A stretch of DNA of 32,000 bases from Trichlorobacter lovleyi SZ (lineage in GTDB: Bacteria; Desulfobacterota; Desulfuromonadia; Geobacterales; Pseudopelobacteraceae). A program made the position numbers and the translations under genes. Below, one piece after another: positions 17,791 through 26,330 of the stretch. The first letter of the stretch is position 1. Each line of letters starts with the position of its first letter. Location: contig NC_010814.1 in assembly GCF_000020385.1 (NCBI RefSeq), positions 2,430,001 to 2,462,000 of the forward strand, in the 5' to 3' direction. Under the pieces are notes generated by a model that worked only from the letters and a program-made list of their open reading frames with translations, was not told the DNA's origin and made no database searches.

Positions 17791-17807
17791 GCAAAAAAAG
17801 ACCGTTC

Positions 17808-18683
17808 CTATTCGATGTTCTGGACCTGTTCCCGCATCTTCTCCAACTCCGCCTTCATCTGCACCACCAGCGAAGTAATGGCGGAATCATTCGCCTTTGA
17901 ACCAATGGTATTGACTTCACGGTTGATCTCCTGCATCAGGAAGTCCAGCTTGCGCCCGACCGGCTCCTTCAGCAGCAGGGTTTCGTCGAACTGGATGAAG
18001 TGACTCTCCAGACGCACCAGTTCTTCCGTAATATCACAACGGTCAGCCAGCAGGGCAACCTCCTGGGCCAGACGCTGCGGATCAAGTTCTGTCCCGCCCA
18101 GCAACTTCTCCAGCCGCTGCTGCAGCTTCTGCTGATACTCTTCAACCACCCGGGGGGCACGTTCCCGCACCTGGGCAACCAGGGTTGCCAGCTCAGTACG
18201 CCGCGCTTTCAGGTCAGCCTGCAGTGCCTCGCCTTCGCGCAGTCGCATCCCGTCCAGACCGGCAAGGGCCTGTACCACGGCCTGCAGCACCAGCGGCAAC
18301 AGATCCCCCTGGTCTTCACTGGTCTGCTCCTGCAGCACATTGCGTTGAGCCAGTATCAAAGACAGCGGAATCTCTGCCGACACATGCAACTCATGGGCAA
18401 GCTCCTGAAAGGCCTGATGATATCCCCTGGCAACAGCGTGATTCAACGGCGGCACCACCACCTCACCCGCAGCAGGCTCCCACTGCACAAACAGATCGGC
18501 CTTACCACGCTTGACCAGGCCGCCGACCGCCTTACGCACCTCATGTTCATAGGCCAGAAAACTGCGCGGCATCTTGACCGACACCTCTCCATAGCGGTTA
18601 TTGACGGTCTTTATCTCAACCAGACAACGGCCCTGAGGATCCGCTGACTCGCCCTTGCCATACCCGGTCATGCTCTTGATCAT
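17808..18683 (-). CDS. yicC: YicC family (UPF0701) stress-induced protein
   Basis: Start at ATG 18683 (MIKSMTGYGKGE, the canonical YicC N-terminus) preceded by GAGGAGG. The C-terminal EINREVNTIGSKAND motif is present. Confidence 0.9.
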   Translation of the reverse strand: MIKSMTGYGKGESADPQGRCLVEIKTVNNRYGEVSVKMPRSFLAYEHEVRKAVGGLVKRGKADLFVQWEPAAGEVVVPPLNHAVARGYHQAFQELAHELHVSAEIPLSLILAQRNVLQEQTSEDQGDLLPLVLQAVVQALAGLDGMRLREGEALQADLKARRTELATLVAQVRERAPRVVEEYQQKLQQRLEKLLGGTELDPQRLAQEVALLADRCDITEELVRLESHFIQFDETLLLKEPVGRKLDFLMQEINREVNTIGSKANDSAITSLVVQMKAELEKMREQVQNIE

Positions 18684-18944
18684 GCCTGCCTCCTCATCGT
18701 TCATACCTACTCATATACTTCAGCTGACCCGCTGCTGTCCATAGCGAGAACACAAGCAGTAACGATCGGCAGATTCCGGCAACTGCCTATTGACAACATA
18801 CAAGATCAATGTGCAAAGTCACAGAAAAGATAAAAACCGGATACATTCCATGGGGATCAAATTTCGATTCCAGTTCAGAAATGCCCGCAGAGAGCCGCCA
18901 AAGAGAGCACTTTGACCGTGCATTGAGATAACGAGTGAAACCAT

Positions 18945-20981
18945 ATGAGCCATACCGCACACATTCGCAGCCGGATACTGATTCCGTTGTCACTTACCTT
19001 TCTGGTACTGCTCTGCGGTTTCCTTTACAGTGCCTTTGCCATCCGGGGATCCGGGATCACGCATGAGCTGGAACGGGAACATGGTGAAACCATTTCCATC
19101 TTCAAGGAAATGCTGGCATCCAGGATCAGACTGATGACGGCCTCTGCCGAGGTCATTCTCAACGACCCGGCCACCCAACGGGCCATGCGCAGCCGGAACC
19201 GCTCCGCCCTCTACGCTGCTGCACTGCCCTACCTGCGCAAACTGTCAGCAAACGATGTCTCCCATTTCTACTTTCATACCCCGGATGCCAAGAGTTTCTT
19301 GCGGGTTCACCAACCTGACCGCTATGGGGATCTGATCAGCCGCGATTCCATGCAACGTGCACTGAAAACCGGTACTGCTACCGACGCCCTGGAGATGGGC
19401 CCCTTCGGCACCCTGACCCTGCGCCTGGTCATCCCCTGGGAGGACCAAAGCGGCCGGATCGGATTCCTGGAGCTTGGCACAGAAGTAAATGAAATTCTTG
19501 ACGACCTTTCAATCATCAACAACATTGACTATCTGGTCGTACTCAACAAAACGTTGCTTGACAAAAAGGCCATGGCTACAGGCTATGCCTGGGTGGGAAG
19601 AAGGATTGACTGGGATAAATACCCGGAAAAAGTCATCATTGCCCAGTCGATTCCAAGCATTCCACCGGCATTGGATCACTTGCTTTCAGAGGAAACAAAG
19701 AAGTTTTCCCGCAACAAGGCCTGGAACAGCGCAGCGCTTGACAACAGACATTACGCCTTCAAAACCTTTCCCTTTCACGAATCAAGCGGCCGCGAGATCG
19801 GAAATTTCGTTCTGTTATACGACATCACCAATCAGACCCGAAGTTTTCACCACTTTATCGTCTATTCACTCTGTTTCAGCTGCGGCATATCAATCTTCCT
19901 GTTCATGTTTGCCTGGAAGATCCTGGGGCGTGTTGAACAAACCATTGAAGAGACCCAACAGCAGCTGTCACAGGAAGTGGTCAAGACCTCTGAAGCAAAT
20001 GCCCTGCTTGAATCCGAGGTTGCCGAGCGTCAAAAAGCGGAGGAGGCGCTGGTCCATCTGAATGCACACCTGGAAGAACGGATTGCGGAGCGGACCGTAC
20101 ACCTTGAAACCGCAACCAGAGAACTTGAGCAGGGACGGCATGAGCTGGAAAAGGCCTATGCAGAGCTAACCTCGCGACAGGCGATTATCCTGCATCAGGA
20201 CAAAATGGCCAGTATCGGTCTTCTGGCTGCCGGGGTTGCCCATGACATCAACAATCCGATCGGTTTTGTAACCAACAACCTGGAAGAACTCCGTATCTAC
20301 CTGACCCGGCTCCAGGCATTTATTGAAGAGCAGCAGGCCATCATTCAGGCCTCGGCCCCTCCCGAAGAACTGAAAAAATTACACGAAGACTGGAATCAGT
20401 TGGGAATTGAGTACATTCTTGATGATTTTGGAGCGTTGATTGCAGAGTCTCTGGAAGGGGCAGGACGGGTCAGCGACATTGTCAAAAACCTGCGCAACTT
20501 CTCCCGTGTCGATGATTTTGCCTTCAAGCTGGCTGATATCAATGAGTGTCTGGAAAGTTCCATCAAGATCACCCAGCATGAACTGCGACATAAAGCGCAG
20601 GTACATCGGCAGTTTGGCGAGATTCCAAAGATTTTCTGCTGCCCGCAGCAGCTGAACCAGGCCTTCATGAATCTGCTGGTCAATGCGGCCCATGCCATTG
20701 ACAAGCATGGTGAGGTCACGCTCAAAAGCTGGTCTGACTCTGACGGGGTGCATATCTCCATCGCTGACACCGGATGCGGCATTCCGGACGAACTGCTACC
20801 AAAGATATTTGAACCGTTTTTTACCACCAAGGAAGCCGGCAAAGGGACCGGCCTGGGGCTCAGCATTGTTGCTGATATCATCAAGCTGCACCAGGGTGAG
20901 ATCAACGTGCAAAGCCGACCGGGTCAAGGAACAACCTTTACCATTACACTGCCAGTAAAATCCGAGGTTGGCGATGCCTGA
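18945..20981 (+). CDS. Membrane sensor histidine kinase with a probable Cache-type extracytoplasmic domain, a coiled coil and a kinase core
   Basis: 678 aa. Two TM segments (residues about 10-32 and about 305-325) bracket a roughly 270-aa periplasmic domain. H-box [14 protein letters not shown], N-box [10 protein letters not shown], G1 DTGCGI and G2 GTGLGL are present. Confidence 0.9.
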   Translation: [678 protein letters not shown]

Positions 20982-21381
20982 CACGCTGCGACTACTTTGC
21001 GTTGACGACGAGGAGCATATCCTTAAAACACTGGCGCGGTTCTGTCATAATGAAGGGATTACCCTGCTGACTGCCGGTTCAGCCGCAGAGGCCCTGTCCA
21101 TACTGGAACGGGAACCGGTCATGATTGTCATCTCCGACTACCAGATGCCGGAAAAAAACGGACTTGACTTTTTGAGCGAAGTCCGTAGCAAATGGCCGCA
21201 GATCGTCAGGATCATGTTGTCCGGTTTTATCGAGCCAAGCGCGGTCAGCCAGGCTCTGCAACAGGGTGAAATCTTCGGTTTTCTCCCCAAACCCTGGCAA
21301 CGCAACGACCTGAAGAACCTGATTCAGACTGCAGCCGCCCAGTACAGGGCCGGCACTACCACAGAAAGAACTGCCAGATGA
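20974..21381 (+). CDS. Single-domain response regulator (REC only)
   Basis: LLCVDDE, the phospho-acceptor context VISDYQMP, and KPW near the C-terminus. ATG 20974 is preceded by GAGG and overlaps the kinase gene by 8 nt (ATGCCTGA). A TTG at 20968 is an alternative start. Confidence 0.9.
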   Translation: MPDTLRLLCVDDEEHILKTLARFCHNEGITLLTAGSAAEALSILEREPVMIVISDYQMPEKNGLDFLSEVRSKWPQIVRIMLSGFIEPSAVSQALQQGEIFGFLPKPWQRNDLKNLIQTAAAQYRAGTTTERTAR

Positions 21382-22748
21382 CGGTAGCTACCCGTATCCT
21401 GTTTGTCGATGACGAACCTGCCTATTGCCGTATTTTCAGCAAACGGATCGGTGCTGATCCCCGCTTTCGGGTTGAGACCGCCGGGAGTGGCGCTGAAGCC
21501 CTGGAACGCCTGCAGCACTCTCCGGCTGACATTGTCATTACCGACCTGAGCATGCCGCTCATGGACGGCATCGAGCTCTTGAGCGAAATCAAGAGCCTGT
21601 ACCCCCAGATCTTTATCCTGATCCTGACCAGTGATGACAGCACCTCACAGGTCGTCAAGGCGATGAAGGCCGGGGCCTATGACTACCTGTTGAAGCCCTT
21701 TGATTTTGAGATGGTAGAGCGGTCGATTGCGACCATACTGTCACACAAGGCCGCCGTACAGGCCGGTCTCTGCCCGGAATGCCTGAGTGGAGAGCAGTAC
21801 TGCTTTGAAAACCTGATCGGCCAGGACCGCAAGATGTTTGAGATCTATGAGATGATCAGCCAGGTTGCCCAGACCAGCGCCACCGTACTGATTACCGGTG
21901 AAAGCGGTACCGGCAAAGAGCTGATTGCCTCAGCTATCCATGCCAAAAGCACCCGCAAAGACAAGCCGTTTATCCAGATCAACTGTGCTGCACTGACAGA
22001 GGGACTGATCAGCAGCGAACTTTTTGGCCATGAAAAAGGTGCCTTTACCGGCGCCGTGGCCAGAAAAAAAGGCCTGTTTGAACAGGCCTCCGGCGGCACG
22101 TTGTTTCTGGACGAGATCGGCGACATCTCCCCCACCACCCAGGTTTCGCTGCTGCGCATTCTGGAGCTGGGCACCTTTCAGCGTGTTGGCGGCACTGAGA
22201 CCATCAAGGCGGATGTACGCCTGATCTGTGCCACCAACCGGGACCTGGCCGCTGCCGCCCGGGAAAAACAGTTTCGAGAAGACCTGTATTACCGTCTTAA
22301 CGTGGTCTCCCTGCAGGCACCTCCCCTGCGGGACCGCAGATCCGACATTCCCCTGCTGGTGCGCTATTTCCTGGAGCGCTACTGCAGCCTGAACAACAAA
22401 CAGATTGACGGTGTCACCCGTGATGCCATGACCCTGCTCTGCAACTATGACTGGCCGGGTAACTGCCGAGAACTTGCCAACATCATTGAACATGCGGTCA
22501 TCTTCAGCCGAGGCAGAACCCTTGACAAAGACAGCCTGCCATCCCAGATCAGAACCTCTGACCGCCACTCCAGTGGACTCACCCTGAACCTTGCCACAGC
22601 GACCCTGGCTGATGCCGAAAGCGCCCTGATTAAAAAAGTGCTGGAAGAATCCAACTGGAACCTGAAAAAGGCTGCCGAACTGCTGGATATTGCACGCGGG
22701 ACCCTCTACGGGAAAATGGAAAAATATCACCTCACCAAGCCGGTCTGA
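21378..22748 (+). CDS. Sigma54-dependent response regulator (NtrC family: REC + AAA+ + Fis-type HTH)
   Basis: 456 aa. It has REC (ILFVDDE..ITDLSMP), Walker A GESGTGKE, the sigma54-contact loop GAFTGA (EKGAFTGAV) and a C-terminal HTH (AAELLDIARGTLYGKM). The start overlaps the previous gene (ATGA). Confidence 0.95.
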   Translation: MTVATRILFVDDEPAYCRIFSKRIGADPRFRVETAGSGAEALERLQHSPADIVITDLSMPLMDGIELLSEIKSLYPQIFILILTSDDSTSQVVKAMKAGAYDYLLKPFDFEMVERSIATILSHKAAVQAGLCPECLSGEQYCFENLIGQDRKMFEIYEMISQVAQTSATVLITGESGTGKELIASAIHAKSTRKDKPFIQINCAALTEGLISSELFGHEKGAFTGAVARKKGLFEQASGGTLFLDEIGDISPTTQVSLLRILELGTFQRVGGTETIKADVRLICATNRDLAAAAREKQFREDLYYRLNVVSLQAPPLRDRRSDIPLLVRYFLERYCSLNNKQIDGVTRDAMTLLCNYDWPGNCRELANIIEHAVIFSRGRTLDKDSLPSQIRTSDRHSSGLTLNLATATLADAESALIKKVLEESNWNLKKAAELLDIARGTLYGKMEKYHLTKPV

Positions 22749-22852
22749 CGTCTGCCCCGCCACACTGCCGCAAACTGAACAGAAAGCCTTCAACACGCCC
22801 AACATATCGTATTAATTACGCGAACAAAAATACTCAGCCGACCAGTGCCGGT

Positions 22853-22977
22853 ATTTGAACATATCCGCTACTCACTGTATCATACCTAAATTATTAACCA
22901 AATATCCAATCAGCCCGCCATCCGCCAAATACATGTCGAATATTGAACAGATTAGAGCGTCCGCCCGAATTTGAACA
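22853..22977 (+). promoter_or_regulatory. Three direct copies of (A/T)ATTGAACA: candidate enhancer (UAS) sites
   Basis: GGTATTTGAACA (motif 22853-22861), CGAATATTGAACA (22941-22949) and CGAATTTGAACA (22968-22977). They lie 70-195 nt upstream of the -24 element in an AT-rich 395-nt intergenic region. Confidence 0.35.
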
Positions 22978-23045
22978 CCTCCTCTGTCTGACCCAAAACT
23001 GCCAAACAGCATTTTAGATCCGTAAATCAAGCCACTTATGCCAAG

Positions 23046-23061
23046 CGGCACAGTTGTTGCT
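23046..23061 (+). promoter_or_regulatory. Sigma54 (-24/-12) promoter
   Basis: CGGCACAGTTGTTGCT against the consensus TGGCAC-N5-TTGCW. The GG (23047-48) and GC (23059-60) have exact 12-nt register. It lies about 90 nt upstream of the tetR start and directly downstream of a sigma54 activator gene. Confidence 0.7.
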
Positions 23062-23152
23062 CAATTGATTAACTAAATCGCACAACTACGCGAATAAACT
23101 CATTAATAATATCTAACCCAACTCCTGCACGCACCGAACGGAGATGAACGAC

Positions 23153-23803
23153 ATGGCCAGAAGCCACTCCACAACCGGCAGACACCCCCACCGTCAGGCA
23201 CGCGACGAGGATACCGTCTCGACTGCAGAGCGGATCATTGCAGCGACCCTGCAGCTGTTGTCAAGCCGCTGCCTCCATGCCATCTCGATTCGCGACATCG
23301 CCTCTGCAGCCCATGTCAACAGCGCCCTGATCTCGTATCACTTCAAGAACAAGGAAAACCTGTACAACACGGTGGTAGCCTCACAGTTCCAGGCCTATCA
23401 GCAGCAGGTCGTCTCTGCATTCAGCACCGAAGGCGATATCCGCAAGACGATCTGCACCGTCTGCCATCTGATCGCCTCCTTCCATCACTCGAACCCCTGC
23501 ATGCTCATACTATATTTCAGAGAACTCACCAACCCGTCACCGGCCTACAAAACAATCATTCAACCCTGCATCAAGGAGGCCTCGGATAAATGCGTTGCCA
23601 TGATCAAGGCCGGCATCCAGGCCGGGGTTATCGCTCCAGCAACAAATCCGCGCCATGTCACGCTGTCGCTGGTAGGCATGGTCAACTACTTCTTTATGAC
23701 CAGGCAGATCATGCAGGACCTTGCCCTGGAACCGGCTAACAACGTTAACGAGTATATCGATTTTGTCTGCCAGACCATCTTGAAGTCGATCGTGGTTGAG
23801 TAA
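23153..23803 (+). CDS. TetR/AcrR family transcriptional regulator
   Basis: The HTH is ISIRDIASAAHVNSALISYHFKNKENLY. I prefer ATG 23153 because GGAG at 23140-23143 sits 9 nt upstream. ATG 23144 is an alternative but would leave no RBS spacing. Confidence 0.85.
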   Translation: MARSHSTTGRHPHRQARDEDTVSTAERIIAATLQLLSSRCLHAISIRDIASAAHVNSALISYHFKNKENLYNTVVASQFQAYQQQVVSAFSTEGDIRKTICTVCHLIASFHHSNPCMLILYFRELTNPSPAYKTIIQPCIKEASDKCVAMIKAGIQAGVIAPATNPRHVTLSLVGMVNYFFMTRQIMQDLALEPANNVNEYIDFVCQTILKSIVVE

Positions 23804-23930
23804 GCGTCAAAATCAAGTCCAGCTATCAGAGGAGGTGAAACACCAGACAGCATCTACTCCGCCAGACTCAGTCGTATTTGGAAACAAACGCACGTGCCGT
23901 AGAAACACAACATTTCATGAGGAGGAAAAC

Positions 23931-26279
23931 ATGCTGAAACGAAACATGATCAGTACCGCAGGATGCCTGCTGCTGTTCGCAGCTTCGTTGTTTACCGGCT
24001 GTTCCGGCGGCGGTGGTGGCGGCTCCACCCCTGCACCGAGCCAACCGGTTGTTGATGCCGCGACCATGAGCAATGAGACTCTGTCAGCCGTATCACTGCG
24101 AGCAACTGACATCAAGGTCACCATCAACAGTCCGCCGGTTGTCACCTTCAAGCTGTTGACAGCAGCCGGCAACCCGATCAAGGGGTTGGGTATCGCCTCA
24201 ACATCAACACCAACCAGCCTTAACTACATGCGTTTTACCATTGCCAAACTGGTTCCAGGCACCAACAATGCCCCTGATCAGTGGGTCAACTACCTGGTTA
24301 CCGCAACCAGCCGTCCAACCACTGAAAACGTGGCTGCCGGCCTGGTGGACAATGGTGATGGTTCCTATACCTACACCTTTGCCAAGAACATTACCGATCC
24401 GACCCAGACCAACGGTGTCACCTATCAACCGACCCTGACCCATCGTCTGGCCATCCAGATCTCCGGCACCATCCCCGGCACAGCCATCACTCTGGCAAAC
24501 CCGGCTAACATCATCTATGACTTCATTCCGGCCACCGGCAAGGCAGTCAGCGCCACCGACACCCAGCGTGAGATCACCCTGATCGCCAAGTGTAACGAGT
24601 GCCATGAGAAGCTTGCCTTCCACGGCGGCGGTCGCGTTGAAACCAGATATTGCGTGGTCTGCCACACTGACCAGCGCAAGATCGGCCGCACCAATTCCGC
24701 CTCAACCGGCGGTGTATTTACCGGTACCACCTACATTGCCGACGGCGAAGTGCAGGGCGACTTTGCCATCATGGTTCACAAGATTCATATGGGTAACCGC
24801 CTGACCAAGACCGGTTACGACTATGCCGGCGTCAAGTATAATGATATCGGCTACTCCATGATCGATGGCCAGATCAACTGCCTCAAGTGCCATGTCAAGT
24901 CCGACGCCGCACCTCAGGGCGACAACTGGAAGGCCAAGCCGAGCCGTGCGGCCTGCGGTTCGTGCCATGACAACATCAACTTTGCCACCGGTGCAAACTC
25001 CAAGGCCGGCGGTGCTGTCCACATCATCCAGACCAGCGATGCCAACTGCTCCACCTGCCACACAACAGCCAACATCACTGAGATGCATGCCTCTGAAAAC
25101 AACACCCCGAACAAGACCATGCTGAAGGCCGGCCTGGTGAACTTCACCTACGAAATCAAGAACGTGTCCGTCAGCACCGATAACCAGCCGGTAGTTACCT
25201 TCCGTATCCTCAAGGACGGCGCTGCCATCTCCCTGCCGCTGACCGGCTTCACCGGCGGCCCCAGCTTCCTGATCAGCTATGCCCTGCCCCAGGACGGTAT
25301 TACACCGGTTGACTACAACAACCTGGGCAAATCAGCAGCGCAACCGGCCTCAGTCTCACTTGCCAACCTGATCAGCGGTGCCCAGGGCACCCTGACCGGC
25401 CCTGATGCCAGCGGCTACTACACCGCCACCATCAATGGCGCCTCCAATGCTGCCCGCTTCCCGGTCGGCGCCACCCTGCGTGCCGTTGCACTGCAAGGCT
25501 ACTTTACCCAGGCTGCCGGCACCAACGGTATTGCCAGCGCAACAGCCCGTCATACCATTTCCGTGGTCAAGGCCGTCACCGGCGACACCGTACGCCGCAC
25601 CGTGGTTGACAGTGCCAAGTGCGCCAAGTGCCATGAGTGGTTTGAAGGCCATGGCGGTAACCGTGTCTATGAAATGCAGGTCTGCGTCATGTGCCACAAC
25701 CCCAACCTCTCCTCCAGCGGACGCGGCGCAAACGTTGCCAACCTGAGCGCAACCGAGGCAGCCAAACTGGCAGCAGCCGGTTACAGCACCACCGATCCAA
25801 GCGGCTGGCCTGAGGCCTCCAACAACTTCAAGGATCTGATTCACGGTATCCATGCCGGTTCCAAGCGCGCAGCCGACGGCGCACCGTACCGTTTTGTCCG
25901 TGACCGTGGCACCAGCGGTGTCTACTACTACGACTGGAGCAAGGTCACCTTCCCGGGCATCCTGAAGAACTGCGAGTCCTGCCACGTGGCAGGTACCTAC
26001 AGCGGTACTCCCGCCAACACCCTGCGCAGCACGCAGAACACCAAGGATGCCGGCGGTCTCTTCACCAAGACCGTGCCGAATACCACTGACGTGATGCTGC
26101 CAGGCTTTACTTCAGCCTGCATTACCTGCCACGCCAGTGCCAATGCAGGCGCCCACAGCGTCTCCATGGGCGGTACCACCCTGACCGGCCAACTGCGCTC
26201 TGCAACAAATGCTGAGACCTGCGCAGCATGTCACAGCGCCGGCAAGACGGTTGACGCAGCAACGGTTCACAGGAGGTAG
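23931..26279 (+). CDS. Decahaem c-type cytochrome lipoprotein, OmcA/MtrC family-like (two beta-domain + pentahaem repeats)
   Basis: ATG 23931 follows GGAGGA (23921-26). It has a lipobox LFTGC followed by a Gly6/Pro-rich linker. There are ten CxxCH motifs arranged 5+5. The motifs DNGDGSYTYTF and CNECHEKLAFHGGGRVETRYCVVCHT resemble S. oneidensis OmcA (DHGDGSYSYTY and CYTCHQPESLALHGGRRIDIENCASCHT, recalled from memory). Confidence 0.85.
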   Translation: MLKRNMISTAGCLLLFAASLFTGCSGGGGGGSTPAPSQPVVDAATMSNETLSAVSLRATDIKVTINSPPVVTFKLLTAAGNPIKGLGIASTSTPTSLNYMRFTIAKLVPGTNNAPDQWVNYLVTATSRPTTENVAAGLVDNGDGSYTYTFAKNITDPTQTNGVTYQPTLTHRLAIQISGTIPGTAITLANPANIIYDFIPATGKAVSATDTQREITLIAKCNECHEKLAFHGGGRVETRYCVVCHTDQRKIGRTNSASTGGVFTGTTYIADGEVQGDFAIMVHKIHMGNRLTKTGYDYAGVKYNDIGYSMIDGQINCLKCHVKSDAAPQGDNWKAKPSRAACGSCHDNINFATGANSKAGGAVHIIQTSDANCSTCHTTANITEMHASENNTPNKTMLKAGLVNFTYEIKNVSVSTDNQPVVTFRILKDGAAISLPLTGFTGGPSFLISYALPQDGITPVDYNNLGKSAAQPASVSLANLISGAQGTLTGPDASGYYTATINGASNAARFPVGATLRAVALQGYFTQAAGTNGIASATARHTISVVKAVTGDTVRRTVVDSAKCAKCHEWFEGHGGNRVYEMQVCVMCHNPNLSSSGRGANVANLSATEAAKLAAAGYSTTDPSGWPEASNNFKDLIHGIHAGSKRAADGAPYRFVRDRGTSGVYYYDWSKVTFPGILKNCESCHVAGTYSGTPANTLRSTQNTKDAGGLFTKTVPNTTDVMLPGFTSACITCHASANAGAHSVSMGGTTLTGQLRSATNAETCAACHSAGKTVDAATVHRR

Positions 26280-26304
26280 TTACAACCCGTTCAGCACCTG
26301 ACAG

Positions 26305-26330
26305 CAGGGGCATGGGAAACCATGCCCCTG
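26305..26330 (+). other. Intercistronic 11-bp stem-loop with GAAA tetraloop
   Basis: CAGGGGCATGG-GAAA-CCATGCCCCTG starts 26 nt after the decahaem stop. No U-tract follows. Confidence 0.6.

Noticed and set aside
21930-22805. Long antisense ORFs inside well-supported genes: 21930-22805(-) 291 aa, 15194-15973(+) 259 aa, 16124-16720(+), 18000-18647(+), 11744-12334(+), 25356-25985(-), 27864-28484(+) and 20396-20905(-).
   Set aside because: Each lies wholly within a gene that has clear family motifs on the other strand or in another frame. Their products are low-complexity (Arg/Pro/Gly/Ala-rich) with no recognisable motifs or RBS. These are typical shadow ORFs in GC-rich coding DNA.
23024-23037. 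IHF-like site, AATCAAGCCACTTA, between the TTGAACA repeats and the sigma54 promoter.
   Set aside because: The spacing between ATCAA and TTR is 5 nt rather than the consensus 4 nt (WATCAANNNNTTR), which is too weak to call as a feature.
23083-23092. The 10-mer CAACTACGCG occurs upstream of tetR (23083-23092, +) and inverted downstream of the operon (30096-30105). A related TTACGCGAACAAA lies at 22816-22828.
   Set aside because: An exact 10-mer shared between two sites is expected by chance many times in 32 kb, and roughly once even among the intergenic DNA alone. I note it only as a possible operator to include in footprinting.
23796-23930. N-terminal extensions in the ORF track: decahaem 23796, porin 26312, ridA 14506, gmk 17768, yicC 18704, tlpA 8231, helicase 9364, oleD 4415, the zinc-ribbon protein 11723, and the REC-only receiver 20968 (TTG).
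   Set aside because: In most cases an internal ATG has a well-spaced Shine-Dalgarno sequence and begins a canonical N-terminus (signal peptide/lipobox, P-loop, Rossmann motif or family-typical start). The zinc-ribbon start at GTG 11654 is preferred mainly because the longer form overlaps thrC. The other extensions overlap upstream genes or run through the repeat elements.
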